The notes: generated by a model from the sequence alone, not told the origin. A stretch of DNA of 64,000 nt from an uncultured Bacteroidota bacterium (GCA_937876355.1 CALFHN010000145.1:55195-119194); one strand, 5' to 3'; numbered from the stretch's first letter, positions 37,298 to 49,034 are shown. A program made the numbers and translations.

Positions 37298-38806
37298 TCA
37301 ACGAATTACGGTCAGCTGCCTCGATTCTCGTTTATTTCCTACTTCCATCGTCAACATGTAAACACCACTAGGAAGACTCTCAGTGGATAGGGTTACCTGT
37401 TGGGTGCCAATGTGGTCTGGAGTGATTTTTTGGTTTTTTATTTCTCTTCCCAAGAGGTCATACCAAGCAATCGTTAGAGTAGACGTAGTTTGGGTATCAA
37501 ACTTAACCTCCACAGTATGCGAGGTCGGATTGGGCCATATACTGAAGTTAAAAGCAGGGATTTCAGCCGGCGTATCTAGTGCTTGAACCAGAGGTAAAAC
37601 AAATCCTCTGCTACGAAAGGTATCCCTAATGACGGCATTGTATTGGCCAGAGAAAAAAACCTGATCTGCCCAAAGTATATGCTCAACAGCATCCGTAAAA
37701 TCCGTTTCTAACGTGTGGTTTTGGACGGCTTTCAAAGCCAATTGATCTACGATTTGAGGTCCCAGTTGAATCCGAAGATCCCACCATGCAGCAGACCAAA
37801 TCATCCCCCAGACATAACGATTTGCAAAGTTATTGTAGGACGCTTTGCATTTCCCATCGCCGGTGTGGTAGCGCAAACAAAATCCGTATTCCAAATCAGA
37901 ACTTGGAAACCCAAATTTCCAGTTCCAAATATCACTGTCCAATACTAGGGACCGGAGCTCTTTATCGTTTGCAGGCCCAACACAATTTTGGCGGTCCGGA
38001 CACGTGACAACCCATTCTCCAATCTGGGGATCATTGGTATATGTTGCCGTGAAATAATCAGCATATCCTTCTGACAACGCTCTAGTTTGGTCACTTTGAA
38101 TTGACGTGGGGAAAAAACCCAATCGTGCGGCTACCAGATGGGCATATTCATGGTATATGATATCATCAGACAAGGCTGCATTTTTCATAAAAATGTCTCC
38201 CAATCTGAACTTCAGCACATTTTCAGGAGCTGTAGCAAAAGCCCCGTCACCTCCGACGTGGACTTTTACATCGACCTGAAAATCGATGTTAACACCCAGT
38301 TGCTCTACCCAAAACTTTCTGGCGAACTGATCAACATGGTAGTACGCGTTGACCGCATCGAAGCGAGAACACTCCGATATGACGGTATTACAGGGAAGTG
38401 CCACGGTAGTGTCTGGCAAAAAACGGAAGTCCGCTCCATCCGCACTGGACGCGGCTTCAAAAAATCCATCCAGACGTTCGCTGCCCGCTCGCACATAGGT
38501 GCCTTCTAATCGGGTCCCGTCTCCAATTAATCCGGGGAGTACCACTTCTACAAAACTAGGGTCTCGGGGATCGTGCCGAAATACGTTCGCCAGGGCGTCC
38601 GTTTGCAGTTGAGATCTAAAATAAACAGGATTCGTCGTAGAATAAGGTAACCCTGGTTGAACCGTACGGACAAAAGCAATCGGTGTGGTATCCTCAAATT
38701 GTGCAATTTGATTTACCCACTCTATTGGACACAGGTTTTGCGCCCCAGCGGTGATCACCCCCGTGCCAAAGAACAGCAACCATATGATGTTTTTGAAATT
38801 CATCAT
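37298..38806 (-). CDS. secreted zinc metallopeptidase (M4/M36-like gluzincin) with T9SS C-terminal domain
   Basis: VNAYYH, IIYHEYAH, ALSEGYADYF, GMIWSAAWW; C-terminal IWPNP...YDLLGRE...SGVYML. Confidence 0.85.
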   Translation of the reverse strand: MMNFKNIIWLLFFGTGVITAGAQNLCPIEWVNQIAQFEDTTPIAFVRTVQPGLPYSTTNPVYFRSQLQTDALANVFRHDPRDPSFVEVVLPGLIGDGTRLEGTYVRAGSERLDGFFEAASSADGADFRFLPDTTVALPCNTVISECSRFDAVNAYYHVDQFARKFWVEQLGVNIDFQVDVKVHVGGDGAFATAPENVLKFRLGDIFMKNAALSDDIIYHEYAHLVAARLGFFPTSIQSDQTRALSEGYADYFTATYTNDPQIGEWVVTCPDRQNCVGPANDKELRSLVLDSDIWNWKFGFPSSDLEYGFCLRYHTGDGKCKASYNNFANRYVWGMIWSAAWWDLRIQLGPQIVDQLALKAVQNHTLETDFTDAVEHILWADQVFFSGQYNAVIRDTFRSRGFVLPLVQALDTPAEIPAFNFSIWPNPTSHTVEVKFDTQTTSTLTIAWYDLLGREIKNQKITPDHIGTQQVTLSTESLPSGVYMLTMEVGNKRESRQLTVIR

Positions 38807-38841
38807 GGATATGTTGTCACATCTGTTCCGTCGATAAGTGA

Positions 38842-39348
38842 CTATTTTGGCTTTTCAAAGTTAGTTAACTTTTCAAATCGATTTTCGTCTCTATTCTTGC
38901 GCACCATTTCCGGATCGAATATTTGACCGTTCATGGCGATATATACACCCGCCACCAGTGATTGCACTGCTCCAACGGCCACCCCAATATTAAATTCGGC
39001 ATCGGATTCCCTGAACCGCGCAGGTGCCAATGATCCCACGATCACAATTGTTTTGCCAGGAACGTGCTGTTTCAATTCCAATGCAGTTTCAACCATAGTA
39101 TCCGTGCCATGCGTTACAATGATATGCGAGGCATCGGTTTGCAGGATATGATCGACTATGGATTGCCTGTCCTCATCGGTTATATCTAAACTGTCTTTCT
39201 GAAAAATTTCGATCACTTCGTAATCAACAGTGGCTCCCACGCGGCCCAAAATGATCTTTATTTGTGGATCACCTACGTGATAATCACTTTTTGCATCGAA
39301 ATAAACCTTGTCAATGGTTCCTCCAGTTGTGAATATGGCAATTTTCAT
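38842..39348 (-). CDS. short-chain L-asparaginase
   Basis: TTGGTIDK, KDSL and THGTDTM motifs; only 168 aa. Confidence 0.88.
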   Translation of the reverse strand: MKIAIFTTGGTIDKVYFDAKSDYHVGDPQIKIILGRVGATVDYEVIEIFQKDSLDITDEDRQSIVDHILQTDASHIIVTHGTDTMVETALELKQHVPGKTIVIVGSLAPARFRESDAEFNIGVAVGAVQSLVAGVYIAMNGQIFDPEMVRKNRDENRFEKLTNFEKPK

Positions 39349-39390
39349 TCAGGGGCAGGATTATTTGAATTAGGTTGTTAAACCTGAAAG

Positions 39391-40650
39391 TCAATTTTGT
39401 TGATAGACGGCAACTCCATCTATCCATGTTTTTGCACAGGAGTTGGATTCAAAATGATACAACCAATGATCGACATCCGGTACTTGTAACTCAGCGAAGT
39501 TTGCACGCTTTCCAACTTCTATTGACCCATATTCGTGGTCCTTTCCAATTGCTTTAGCAGCAAGTAATGTGGCGCCTTTCAGCGATTCCGCAGGCGTCAT
39601 TCGGCTCATCGTGCAAGCCAACATCATGGCCAGCGGCAAATCATAACTTGGCGCAGATCCTGGATTAAAATCTGTTGCAACAGCAACCCCTACTCCAGCG
39701 TCAAGGAAAGCCCGGGCTTGCATTGGAGGCTGATTTAAATACAATGAAGCGAAAGGTAAACAAACGGCCGTAACGCCTGACGCTGCCATCGCGGCAATGC
39801 CTTCTGGTGAAGTATACTCAAGATGGTCCGCGGACACGGCGCCCACCCGTGCGGCTAACTCGCCACCGCCCCCGTCGCTGAGCTGGTCTACATGCAGCTT
39901 TGGAATTAAACCAAAGGTCAGCCCTACTCCTAGGATGTGCTCTGCTTCCTCAGCCGTGTACGCTCCCTGTTCGACAAAAATATCATTAAAATCGGCAAGT
40001 CCTTCTTCCGCCACTCGAGGAATCAATTCTTCGCATATCATTTTTATGTAACAATCACGATTACATTTATCATCAGGAGGCACAACATGAGCGGCTAATA
40101 GTGTGGAAACCACATCTAAGGGCACTTTATGGCTTAATTTTCGGTAAACTCTAAGCAATTTTAACTCCTCTTCAAGGGAAAGACCATATCCCGTTTTGCA
40201 CTCTATTGCAGTAACTCCAAGCTGCAAATATTTTTGTGCGTAACCAAGACAGTGTTCAAGTAAGGCCTCTTCTGTCGCCATTCTGGTTTGCCGCATGGTC
40301 TTACGAATTCCTCCCCCTGCGGCAGCGATATCCAAATATCCTTTCCCTTCAATTCGCATTCGAAACTCGTCCGCCCGCCATCCACCAAAGGCGAGATGGG
40401 TATGGCAATCAACTAAACCTGGAATAACCGTGCGCCCCCCTGCCGAGGTCCGTTCAAGGTTGCTGTACCTAGACGGAATTTGTTTTTCTTCCCCAACCCA
40501 AACAATCCGGCCACTGGCAAAAGCAACTGCGGCATTCAGTATCGGATGTATGTGAGCTTGGCTACCTCCACCCGCGCATGTGGCCAGAAGACCAATGTGA
40601 TGTAGAACCCCGGAATTAAGCAAGGATACACCCCTCTGCTTCAACCACAC
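39391..40650 (-). CDS. hutI: imidazolonepropionase
   Basis: PGLVDCHTHL, ECKTGYGL, HVDQL, SADHLE and ATDFNPGS motifs. Confidence 0.95.
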   Translation of the reverse strand: MWLKQRGVSLLNSGVLHHIGLLATCAGGGSQAHIHPILNAAVAFASGRIVWVGEEKQIPSRYSNLERTSAGGRTVIPGLVDCHTHLAFGGWRADEFRMRIEGKGYLDIAAAGGGIRKTMRQTRMATEEALLEHCLGYAQKYLQLGVTAIECKTGYGLSLEEELKLLRVYRKLSHKVPLDVVSTLLAAHVVPPDDKCNRDCYIKMICEELIPRVAEEGLADFNDIFVEQGAYTAEEAEHILGVGLTFGLIPKLHVDQLSDGGGGELAARVGAVSADHLEYTSPEGIAAMAASGVTAVCLPFASLYLNQPPMQARAFLDAGVGVAVATDFNPGSAPSYDLPLAMMLACTMSRMTPAESLKGATLLAAKAIGKDHEYGSIEVGKRANFAELQVPDVDHWLYHFESNSCAKTWIDGVAVYQQN

Positions 40651-42118
40651 TTTGAAGCGCTGAAGATTGAATGATTTGGAGGCTGGGCGTTAGGTCGTCC
40701 TGAAAGAGGTAGTCTTTCTCGCGATGCGGGATACGGGATCGCACAAACGAATGAGCCGCCGCCACACCTTTGCCCGGCTTTAGGGGAAGTCGATAGTCCA
40801 AGGCTTGCGCGGAAGTAAGAAGTTCGATCGCGAGAACATATTCCAAATTTTTCAAAACTTGTAACAGCTTGACCGCGCTTATACTTCCCATCGATACATG
40901 ATCTTCCTGGCCGAGAGAGGTAGGAATTGAATCCACTGATGCTGGATGACAAAGCACTTTGTTTTCTGAAACGAGCGCTGCGGCCGTGTACTGAGGGATC
41001 ATGAACCCAGAGTTTAGGCCCGTCTCGGTCATTAACAAACGAGGCAATCCATCGTGCCCTTCAAGTAATAGGTAGATTCGGCGCTCAGAAATTGACGCCA
41101 ATTCAGCCAATGCAATTGCTGCATAGTCCATGGCCAACGCCAAAGGTTGACCGTGAAAATTGCCGCCACTAATCACGTCCCCATCCTCAAACACTAACGG
41201 GTTATCCGTAACTGAATTCAGTTCAGTCTCGATCATTTCTAAAGCATGGGAAAGTGCGTCTCGGCTTGCACCGTGGACCTGTGGCACACATCGAAGGCAA
41301 TATGGATCCTGCACTTTCCCGCAATCTCTATGAGATTCTAAAATTTGGCTGTTGGCCAACAAAGATCGAATGTTATCTGCTACAGCTTTTTGGCCTTTGT
41401 GAGGTCGTAATGCATGAACCCGGGCATCAAACGGCCTGTCACTTCCTTGAAGGGCTTCCAAACTCATGGCAGCAAGCGTGTCGGCAGTTCGAACTAAATT
41501 TGATGCGCGATTCAAAATAAAGGCGCCGTACGCAGCCATAAATTGAGTTCCATTAATCAAACTCAGTCCATCTTTGGCCTGAAGTTCGATAGGCTGAAGT
41601 CCGGCTTTTGCCAAAACGTCGATCGCTGGAATGGGCTTGTCATCATCGCCCCAAAAATGTCCCAGACCGATCAAGGGGAGAGACATATGAGCTAGAGGAG
41701 CAAGATCGCCGGAGGCTCCTACGCTTCCTTTCGAAGGCACAACGGGCACCCAGTCGTTCTTGGCCATGGTCAACAATCGACCAAATGTCTTAGGGGAAAC
41801 TCCGGAATATCCCAACCCGAGCGCCTGAACTTTTAACGCCAGCATAATTCGGGTGATTTCCTTGGGCATTGGATCCCCTACTCCCACCGCATGACTCACC
41901 AACAGATTGCGTTGAAGCTGGCTCAGGTGTTCTTGACCTATTCTCTTGTTCGCCAGCTTACCAAAACCAGTATTAACTCCGTAGACCACCTCTCCGCCCG
42001 ATATCGCCTTTTCCAAGGTTTTTCGGGACCTTTCGACGGCCGAAGAATCTGCTGCAAGGCCATTTAGCATGGCCTCGATATCTTCGTACAAATTTTTGAC
42101 TGAAATATGGTGCCTCAT
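40616..42118 (-). CDS. hutH: histidine ammonia-lyase
   Basis: [22 protein letters not shown] (MIO), [15 protein letters not shown] and QEDHVSMG motifs. Confidence 0.96.
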   Translation of the reverse strand: MRHHISVKNLYEDIEAMLNGLAADSSAVERSRKTLEKAISGGEVVYGVNTGFGKLANKRIGQEHLSQLQRNLLVSHAVGVGDPMPKEITRIMLALKVQALGLGYSGVSPKTFGRLLTMAKNDWVPVVPSKGSVGASGDLAPLAHMSLPLIGLGHFWGDDDKPIPAIDVLAKAGLQPIELQAKDGLSLINGTQFMAAYGAFILNRASNLVRTADTLAAMSLEALQGSDRPFDARVHALRPHKGQKAVADNIRSLLANSQILESHRDCGKVQDPYCLRCVPQVHGASRDALSHALEMIETELNSVTDNPLVFEDGDVISGGNFHGQPLALAMDYAAIALAELASISERRIYLLLEGHDGLPRLLMTETGLNSGFMIPQYTAAALVSENKVLCHPASVDSIPTSLGQEDHVSMGSISAVKLLQVLKNLEYVLAIELLTSAQALDYRLPLKPGKGVAAAHSFVRSRIPHREKDYLFQDDLTPSLQIIQSSALQSVVEAEGCILA

Positions 42119-43779
42119 CCATTCACCATAGGTAAATCGACACCGCGTTCATTGGCGGTATCAACGGCCACATCATAACCAGCGTCTGCGTGTCGCATTA
42201 CACCCGTTCCTGGATCGTTCGTAAGAACACGTTCAAGTCTTCGATCAGCCATTTCGGTTCCATCTGCCACACAGACCATCCCTGAGTGAATCGAATATCC
42301 AATTCCCACTCCACCGCCATGATGAAGGGAAACCCAACTCGCACCAGAAGCTGTATTGAGCATCGCATTTAAGAGAGGCCAATCTGCAATGGCATCGGAC
42401 CCGTCCTTCATGTTTTCGGTTTCGCGATTCGGCGATGCGACCGAACCACTGTCCAGGTGATCGCGCCCAATCACAATCGGCGCTTTAACCTTGCCGTTTT
42501 TAACCATCCAATTGAATTTTAATCCCATTTCGGCCCGCTCCCCGTATTCCAACCAACATATTCTGGCCGGTAGACCTTGAAAATGTACTTGCTCGCGGGC
42601 CTTGTGAATCCATCTGGCTAGGGCCTCTTTTTGCGGAAAAGTTTCCAATACCGCATCATCTGTGACTTTAATATCCTGAGGGTCTCCAGAGAGGGCCGCC
42701 CACCTAAATGGGCCAGAACCCTTGCAGAACAACGGCCTAATGTACTCTGGCACGAACCCTGGAATGTCAAACGCTTCTGTCATGCCCCGATGATCTGCTA
42801 CTTGACCTCGAAGATTATTACCATAATCGAAAACGATGGAGCCGGCTGCTTTGAGATCCAGCATGGCCTGAATGTGCGCTTGCATGGCGTCCAATACGGC
42901 CGACTTATAGCCCACAGGATCCTTCATTCTAAACTCTTCGGCGCTTTCGGTTGTATATCCTATCGGCAAATACCCCAGTTCCAGGTCGTGAGCGGATGTT
43001 TGATCTGTAACTATGTCAGGTACAATTCCTCTTCGGATCAATTCTGGAAGAACTTCAGCAATGTTTCCTAATAGCCCTATCGATAGCGCCTCTTTTCGAG
43101 CCACTGCATCAGAAAGCCGATCAAGTGCCGAGTCCAGGTCTTCACTCATTGCATCACAATATCCAGTTTCAACACGCCTTCGAATGCGAATAGGATCAAC
43201 CTCGACGCACAAACACGCTCCGCCGTTCATTGTTGTTGCCAAAGGTTGTGCGCCACCCATTCCGCCGAGTCCAGCGGTGACCACCAATCTGCCAGCCATG
43301 GAACCGTCAAAATGCTGGTTGGCGCATTCGGCAAAGGTCTCATACGTTCCTTGGAGGATACCCTGGGTACCAATGTAGATCCACGAGCCGGCTGTCATTT
43401 GACCATACATGGTAAGCCCCAGCGCTTCTAGCCGCCGAAATTCGTCCCAATTCCCCCACCGAGGGACCAAATGAGAATTGGCTATCAAAACACGGGGGGC
43501 TTCTTCATGTGTCCGAAAAACGCCAACAGGCTTTCCGGATTGGACTAATAAGGTTTCATCGTTTTCTAACCGTTTCAGCGTTTCCACGATGCGGAAATAA
43601 CTCGGCCAATCCCTAGCTGCTTTGCCGCTTCCCCCGTAAACAACTAAATCTTCGGGGCGCTCGGCCACAGCGGGATCTAGGTTATTCATTAACATGCGCA
43701 TGGCAGCTTCTTGATGCCAACCTTTACATGATAGAATGGACCCTCGTGGTGCAGAAATAGCTGTTTTAATCAGCGACAT
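42115..43779 (-). CDS. hutU: urocanate hydratase
   Basis: [37 protein letters not shown] and HHGGGVG motifs. Confidence 0.97.
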   Translation of the reverse strand: MSLIKTAISAPRGSILSCKGWHQEAAMRMLMNNLDPAVAERPEDLVVYGGSGKAARDWPSYFRIVETLKRLENDETLLVQSGKPVGVFRTHEEAPRVLIANSHLVPRWGNWDEFRRLEALGLTMYGQMTAGSWIYIGTQGILQGTYETFAECANQHFDGSMAGRLVVTAGLGGMGGAQPLATTMNGGACLCVEVDPIRIRRRVETGYCDAMSEDLDSALDRLSDAVARKEALSIGLLGNIAEVLPELIRRGIVPDIVTDQTSAHDLELGYLPIGYTTESAEEFRMKDPVGYKSAVLDAMQAHIQAMLDLKAAGSIVFDYGNNLRGQVADHRGMTEAFDIPGFVPEYIRPLFCKGSGPFRWAALSGDPQDIKVTDDAVLETFPQKEALARWIHKAREQVHFQGLPARICWLEYGERAEMGLKFNWMVKNGKVKAPIVIGRDHLDSGSVASPNRETENMKDGSDAIADWPLLNAMLNTASGASWVSLHHGGGVGIGYSIHSGMVCVADGTEMADRRLERVLTNDPGTGVMRHADAGYDVAVDTANERGVDLPMVNG

Positions 43780-43877
43780 ATCGTTTGGTTTATTATTCTC
43801 AGCAGGACAGTTCCTGAAAAATTTTTAAATTGGTTTTTGGTCGATGAGGATCCAGTGGTGTCCGGATGCACACTACG

Positions 43878-44528
43878 TTATTCAAACTGATTGCGAAATG
43901 CCTCAAATTTTTCTTCGAGGCCTGATAATCGAGTTCGCATTTCTTCCAGTTCTTCCCTAAGCCCGGCTACCGCGCCCACCGAAAGACCAACTCCACCTGA
44001 CGCCCCGGCTGCAATTAATGCTTCAATGGCACCAGGTCCTTCCAACAAATGCGCAAACCGTTCTCCTTTCTGGCCCGGTAATCGTCCAATGGATACGACC
44101 AATGGCTCATCGCGTGTTGCCAACTGGTCTAACCGCTCCGAGACCTCCTCAATATCTTCAAACTCGGCCATTCGGGAGGTACGAGCTCGTAGTTCTCCGA
44201 CGGTTTGTGGCCCCCGGAGCATCAGGCTGGCCATGATAGCCATCTCTTTGGTGCCCAGACTCCAGTATTGGGCGGAAGCGTGCCTAAATTTTTCCGATCG
44301 GCTACCAGCAACCGAAGCATGCCCAACCAAGCGAAGCCTCTGTAATTCGTCCAAATATTCTCTTATTTGGAATTCGCCATATTCGACAACCGGGTTTCGG
44401 TTGGACTTCTGATTACATCCGTTCACCAACGCGTTGAGCGTCATGGGATAGTATTCAGGCGTACTTAATTCCTTCTCTATTAATACTCCGAGAACGCGAA
44501 CCGCTTCGGGACTCACATACTTTTCCAT
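43878..44528 (-). CDS. YceH/DUF480 family protein
   Basis: RVLGVLIEK..TPEYYPMTLNAL..GCNQKSNR.PV and LMLRGPQTVGELR motifs. Confidence 0.9.
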   Translation of the reverse strand: MEKYVSPEAVRVLGVLIEKELSTPEYYPMTLNALVNGCNQKSNRNPVVEYGEFQIREYLDELQRLRLVGHASVAGSRSEKFRHASAQYWSLGTKEMAIMASLMLRGPQTVGELRARTSRMAEFEDIEEVSERLDQLATRDEPLVVSIGRLPGQKGERFAHLLEGPGAIEALIAAGASGGVGLSVGAVAGLREELEEMRTRLSGLEEKFEAFRNQFE

Positions 44529-44625
44529 GTTCTGTGCCTAGATCGGGGATCACATCCCCATTAAAAAGACGAATCCTGAACACTTCCGGGCAGGTCATAG
44601 AAGAAACGACAGATCCGCTCCCGGA

Positions 44626-45846
44626 TCAAATTCCTGATGCAATCAATAGTTCAATATCTCGATGCGGCATCCCAAACATCATGGCCAGGCTCTTTTTAGT
44701 AAGATGCTTTCGATACGTATACGTTCCATTTCTAAGCCCAACATCGGTCCACAGCGCTTCGTTTACGGAACTAGCGTCTCCAATTTTGATGACATAGGGC
44801 ACCAGCACATTGGTCAAGGCATACGTAGCCGTACGGGCTGCATTGGATGGCATGTTAGGTACTGCATAATGAATCACTCCATGGCGCCTAAAAGTGGGTT
44901 TCGAATGGGTCGTGGCCTTGCTCGTCTCGACGCAGCCTCCTTGATCGATGACCGTATCTACGATGACCGATCCTGCCCTCATCGATGCAACCATATCTTC
45001 TGTGACAATTACGGTGGCTTTTTGTCCAGCCGTTAACATGGCTCCGATCACAACATCCGCAGTTAACAAAGCTTGAGAAATGTACTGTTCGGTGGCCATA
45101 GCCGTGGTAACTCCACGTCCGAGATAGTGCTCAATAGATCTTAGCGCACCAAGGTCATTGTCCAACACAATTACGTGTGCACCGAAACCAAGAGCCGTCT
45201 TGGCCGCCCATTCGCCCACCACACCAGCCCCTAAAATAACCACATTTGAAGGGGGGACACCGGAAATTCCACCCATCATCACACCTTTGCCGCCTTCTGC
45301 ACTTTCGAGGAGCCGGGCAGCCGTCTGAACGGACATCGTACCCATGATTTCGTGCATCATTCGGACAATCGGAAGAGTACCATCGGAGTCTCGGATAAAT
45401 TCAAATCCAATTCCTGTCACTCCCAAATCTATCAGCCGCTTTAAAAAAGTTGGGGACGTTCCACCAAGATGAAGAGCCGAAATCAACACTTGCTTTTCAT
45501 GCATTAGGCCAACTTCGGAGTCGGTCGGAGGCCCAACCTTCACGATGAGATCGCTTGTTGAATACAGCTCCGAATCGGATGCAGCGATTTGGCCGCCCGC
45601 TTCTGAATATTCAACATCTGAAAAATGAGCACCTTCACCCGCTCCTTTTCCGACTATCACTTCATGGCCATTGGCAATCAGAACCGCAACACCGGAAGGA
45701 GAAATAGACACCCGTCTTTCTTCATTCGAACTTTCTTTGGGCAGCCCAATTCGAATGGAATTACTCTTAGCGTCAACCTCTTTTTGCTTTTCTTTGGTAA
45801 GAATGCCGTGCTCAAGCCCTAATCCATGTAGTGAAGGTACTTCCAT
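44626..45846 (-). CDS. ald: alanine dehydrogenase
   Basis: IGLPKE...ERRV, GAGVVG, IDQGGCVETS and HYAVPNMP motifs. Start placed at MEVPSL. Confidence 0.9.
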   Translation of the reverse strand: MEVPSLHGLGLEHGILTKEKQKEVDAKSNSIRIGLPKESSNEERRVSISPSGVAVLIANGHEVIVGKGAGEGAHFSDVEYSEAGGQIAASDSELYSTSDLIVKVGPPTDSEVGLMHEKQVLISALHLGGTSPTFLKRLIDLGVTGIGFEFIRDSDGTLPIVRMMHEIMGTMSVQTAARLLESAEGGKGVMMGGISGVPPSNVVILGAGVVGEWAAKTALGFGAHVIVLDNDLGALRSIEHYLGRGVTTAMATEQYISQALLTADVVIGAMLTAGQKATVIVTEDMVASMRAGSVIVDTVIDQGGCVETSKATTHSKPTFRRHGVIHYAVPNMPSNAARTATYALTNVLVPYVIKIGDASSVNEALWTDVGLRNGTYTYRKHLTKKSLAMMFGMPHRDIELLIASGI

Positions 45847-45946
45847 GAGAATACGCTCAATTCCTGATGAATAGGACAAGTGAAAAAATAAGCCCGCTAA
45901 GATCAATGAATATACGATCTTAACCCAATTGATTCTAGATATCGGC

Positions 45947-46717
45947 TTAATTCCAATGCGACATCAAAATACTCCCCGCTATGGCAGCATTAAGCGATTC
46001 TACCCCTCTAGAATGATCTTCACCCGGAATCGAAACCGTTCCTGAGCAAGCTGCTCGAACCGCCTCAGAAACTCCGTGAGCCTCACTTCCAATTACAATC
46101 ATGGAATTTTCGCTTGGCTTCCATTCTCGAACTGACAACCCATTCATATCTGCAATTCGGACGTCTACGCCAGCTCGCACGTTGGTCGCAATAAACCCCG
46201 GGAGGTATTCCACCTGTTCCAATACAAGGTCCCATAAGCCGCCCATGCACGAACGGACTGTCTTCGGAGCGAAAAAATCGGCGGTGCCTGGTCCCGCAAC
46301 CACTGCTTCAATCCCAAACCAAGCAGCTGAGCGGATCAACGTACCGACATTACCAGGATCCTGAACACCATCGAGTATCAACACGCGCCGCATGCAGGAA
46401 ATACATTTTGTCGTTGGCTCGGGCATGCGAGCCACACCAAGAACTCCAGAGGGAGAAGAAGTATCTGAAAGTTTTCCCATCACCCTATCTGAAACGATCG
46501 TCATAGGACAATTCTGGCCTTTCAGTGCGCGACTCAGCCTTTCGTCTTCCGAAAGGTCCGGCGTCACAAACAAATCCACAAATGGAACGCCTGCCCCAAG
46601 TGCCGATTCGACACTCCGAAGCCCTTCTATGATATACGAATCGAGCTCATCACGACCCTTTTTTCGCTTCATAGACACGATTTCTTTGATACGACGATCT
46701 GTTGGTCCAGCTTTCAT
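45947..46717 (-). CDS. TrmH/SpoU family RNA methyltransferase
   Basis: DGVQDPGNVGTLIRSA, GSEAHG and ESLNAAIA motifs. Confidence 0.93.
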   Translation of the reverse strand: MKAGPTDRRIKEIVSMKRKKGRDELDSYIIEGLRSVESALGAGVPFVDLFVTPDLSEDERLSRALKGQNCPMTIVSDRVMGKLSDTSSPSGVLGVARMPEPTTKCISCMRRVLILDGVQDPGNVGTLIRSAAWFGIEAVVAGPGTADFFAPKTVRSCMGGLWDLVLEQVEYLPGFIATNVRAGVDVRIADMNGLSVREWKPSENSMIVIGSEAHGVSEAVRAACSGTVSIPGEDHSRGVESLNAAIAGSILMSHWN

Positions 46718-46923
46718 ACGAAAAGAGCGCCCAGAAACGAATGATAAGTGAAGAATGGAATAGAATGGAGGAAAAGATCAATAGATAAAGCTACGGCAGT
46801 GGTACCTTCCTGCGAAACGGAATCTATGACACCATCATGGTTTCCAATGTATCATTTTACAAGTTACCAATCAGTGCCTTACTTCCTGGAAGCGCTTTTC
46901 CTGGTAGGGACCCAACATAAGCG

Positions 46924-48228
46924 ATGCAGTTCAACGATCCGTACAAAAAAGCCATTTACCGCGAACCTTCTCCAATGCCAAACGAAGATAATCCGTTTGA
47001 GGCGATGGTTGAGCGCTTCGATGTTGCCGCAAAAATCCTGGATCTAAATCCGGGGTTTTACGAATACCTCGTTACTCCCGCTCGAATCCACATCACTGCT
47101 ATTCCCGTGATGATGGATACTGGCCTTATCAAGATGTTTGAAGGATACCGCGTAATTCACAGCGACATTTTGGGTCCTTCCAAAGGTGGTATTCGGTACG
47201 CACCTGACGTGAATCTGGATGAGGTGAAAGCATTGGCGGCTTGGATGACGTGGAAATGTGCCATTGTCAACGTGCCATTCGGCGGCGCCAAAGGAGGTGT
47301 TGTGTGCGATCCAAAACAACTTAGCCGTGGGGAATTGGAGCGCCTTACTCGCCGCTACGCCGCCAACTTGGCAGACGTTTTCGGTCCGGACAAAGACATT
47401 CCGGCTCCTGACATGAATACGAATGAGCAGATCATGGCCTGGATCTTGGATACGTATTCTATGCGCGAGAAGAGAACCGTGCCTGCCGTGGTAACCGGAA
47501 AACCAATCCTGCTTGGCGGTTCAGAAGGCAGACGTGAAGCAACGGGTAGAGGCGTTATGACCGTCACGTTGGCTGCCATGGAACGGCTGGGAATGCGTGC
47601 TGCAACGAGCACCGTTTCTGTACAAGGATTTGGCAACGTTGGATCGGTCGCGGCGGACCTGTTGTCTCAGCAAGGTTGCACGGTAGTTGCCGTTTCCGAC
47701 GTTTCGGGCGGTTACTACAACAAAAAGGGATTGGACATCCAAGCCATGATCGAATATTCAAGCACGCACGGAAACAGCTTGGAAGGATATGAGGATGCCG
47801 AACCGATCTCTAATGAAGAGTTGTTGACGCTCGATGTCGATGTATTGGCTCCTTGCGCAAAAGAGGACCAAATTACCTCGAGAAACGCTACCAAAATCAA
47901 AGCAAAAATCATCGCAGAAGGCGCAAATGGTCCGACGACCGCAAAAGCCGATGCCATGTTAAGCGACAACGGCTGTACCGTAATTCCGGACATTTTGGCA
48001 AACGCAGGTGGCGTTACCGTATCCTACTTTGAGTGGGTGCAAGATCGTCAGGGATATTTTTGGACGTTGGACCGCGTAAATCGCCGATTGGATCGAATGA
48101 TGCGTGCAGCATTCGATTCGGTATACGACAAGGCGCAAGAGCATGATACCACTCTTCGGATTGGAGCCTATGTTTTAGCAGTCAAAAAAGTGGCAGACGC
48201 CTTGCGTTTGAGGGGGATTTACGCCTAA
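46924..48228 (+). CDS. gdhA: Glu/Leu/Phe/Val dehydrogenase (glutamate dehydrogenase)
   Basis: GPSKGGIRY, PFGGAKGG, DIPAPD, QGFGNVG, EGANGP and NAGGVTVSYFEW motifs. Confidence 0.93.
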   Translation: MQFNDPYKKAIYREPSPMPNEDNPFEAMVERFDVAAKILDLNPGFYEYLVTPARIHITAIPVMMDTGLIKMFEGYRVIHSDILGPSKGGIRYAPDVNLDEVKALAAWMTWKCAIVNVPFGGAKGGVVCDPKQLSRGELERLTRRYAANLADVFGPDKDIPAPDMNTNEQIMAWILDTYSMREKRTVPAVVTGKPILLGGSEGRREATGRGVMTVTLAAMERLGMRAATSTVSVQGFGNVGSVAADLLSQQGCTVVAVSDVSGGYYNKKGLDIQAMIEYSSTHGNSLEGYEDAEPISNEELLTLDVDVLAPCAKEDQITSRNATKIKAKIIAEGANGPTTAKADAMLSDNGCTVIPDILANAGGVTVSYFEWVQDRQGYFWTLDRVNRRLDRMMRAAFDSVYDKAQEHDTTLRIGAYVLAVKKVADALRLRGIYA

Positions 48229-48246
48229 ACAGCCACCTGGTTGTAC

Positions 48247-48254
48247 TATCTTTG
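48247..48254 (+). promoter_or_regulatory. Bacteroidota-type -7 promoter element
   Basis: TATCTTTG (TAnnTTTG) ahead of the 48357-52905 gene run. Confidence 0.45.
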
Positions 48255-48356
48255 CCCGTCCATTGCCAGCTTGCAGATTATAGTTTGCAGATTGAGGCCT
48301 TCGGCTTTTCGGTCTGACTGATATTTATTGATCTGGTTGATCTTCCACCAGATCGG

Positions 48357-49034
48357 TTGCATCTTGGGGTCTCAGATATGTATCAAATATCCCGCATGGC
48401 TCGAAATCAAACATTTAGGTTGATGAAGTGGATTCTGCTGTCATTGACAGTTGGAATTTCACCGTCGTTCGGCCAAATGACACATCGTAACGTCATGGCA
48501 GACATAGCGTTATCATGTTTCGAGTCTGCCCTGCCAACCCCTTCTGTATTGCAGCTTGAGGGATCGGGCATGGCGGCGATTGTGACTCCTAGTATTGAAA
48601 ATGGTCTACTCTCCCGAGGCTTCAGGCTTTCAGAGGACGATAGCGCCCTCCGATTGACCTACAATGTTGAATTGGCCAAGGTGGACCTCTCCAGAAAAGG
48701 CCGAAAACAGTTGACCAGGCGGGTCAGTTTAGGTCTTTCCTATAAGATTTTAGGTGGCTCCAAAGGTGCTCATATGGACGAATCGGTGCCAACGGATAGC
48801 CTGGCAGGGGAATCTCTGGTGGACGCTGGAACCTGTAGTGACACGAGAACAGATGTAATAGATCGCGAAATCGCACCAGAATTAGGGTACGAGGGGTTTC
48901 CAGCCACTAATCCCTCTATTCCACCAAAGGGGGGCATACTCCGATTTATCCAACCCCTCGTTTTGGTAGCCGCCACTGTTGTGGGCACCTATCTCTTCTT
49001 CAACTTACGGAGCCGACGGGCCGACGGCGGGTAA
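48357..49034 (+). CDS. hypothetical protein with C-terminal membrane anchor
   Basis: C-terminal TM ending YLFFNLRS; stop overlaps the next start (TAATG). True start may be 48378 or MKWILL. Confidence 0.7.
   Translation: MHLGVSDMYQISRMARNQTFRLMKWILLSLTVGISPSFGQMTHRNVMADIALSCFESALPTPSVLQLEGSGMAAIVTPSIENGLLSRGFRLSEDDSALRLTYNVELAKVDLSRKGRKQLTRRVSLGLSYKILGGSKGAHMDESVPTDSLAGESLVDAGTCSDTRTDVIDREIAPELGYEGFPATNPSIPPKGGILRFIQPLVLVAATVVGTYLFFNLRSRRADGG

Noticed and set aside
43891-44412. Long antisense ORFs (e.g. 43891-44412, 42631-43071, 30525-30947)
   Set aside because: They are shadow frames opposite well-supported genes and have no motifs of their own.
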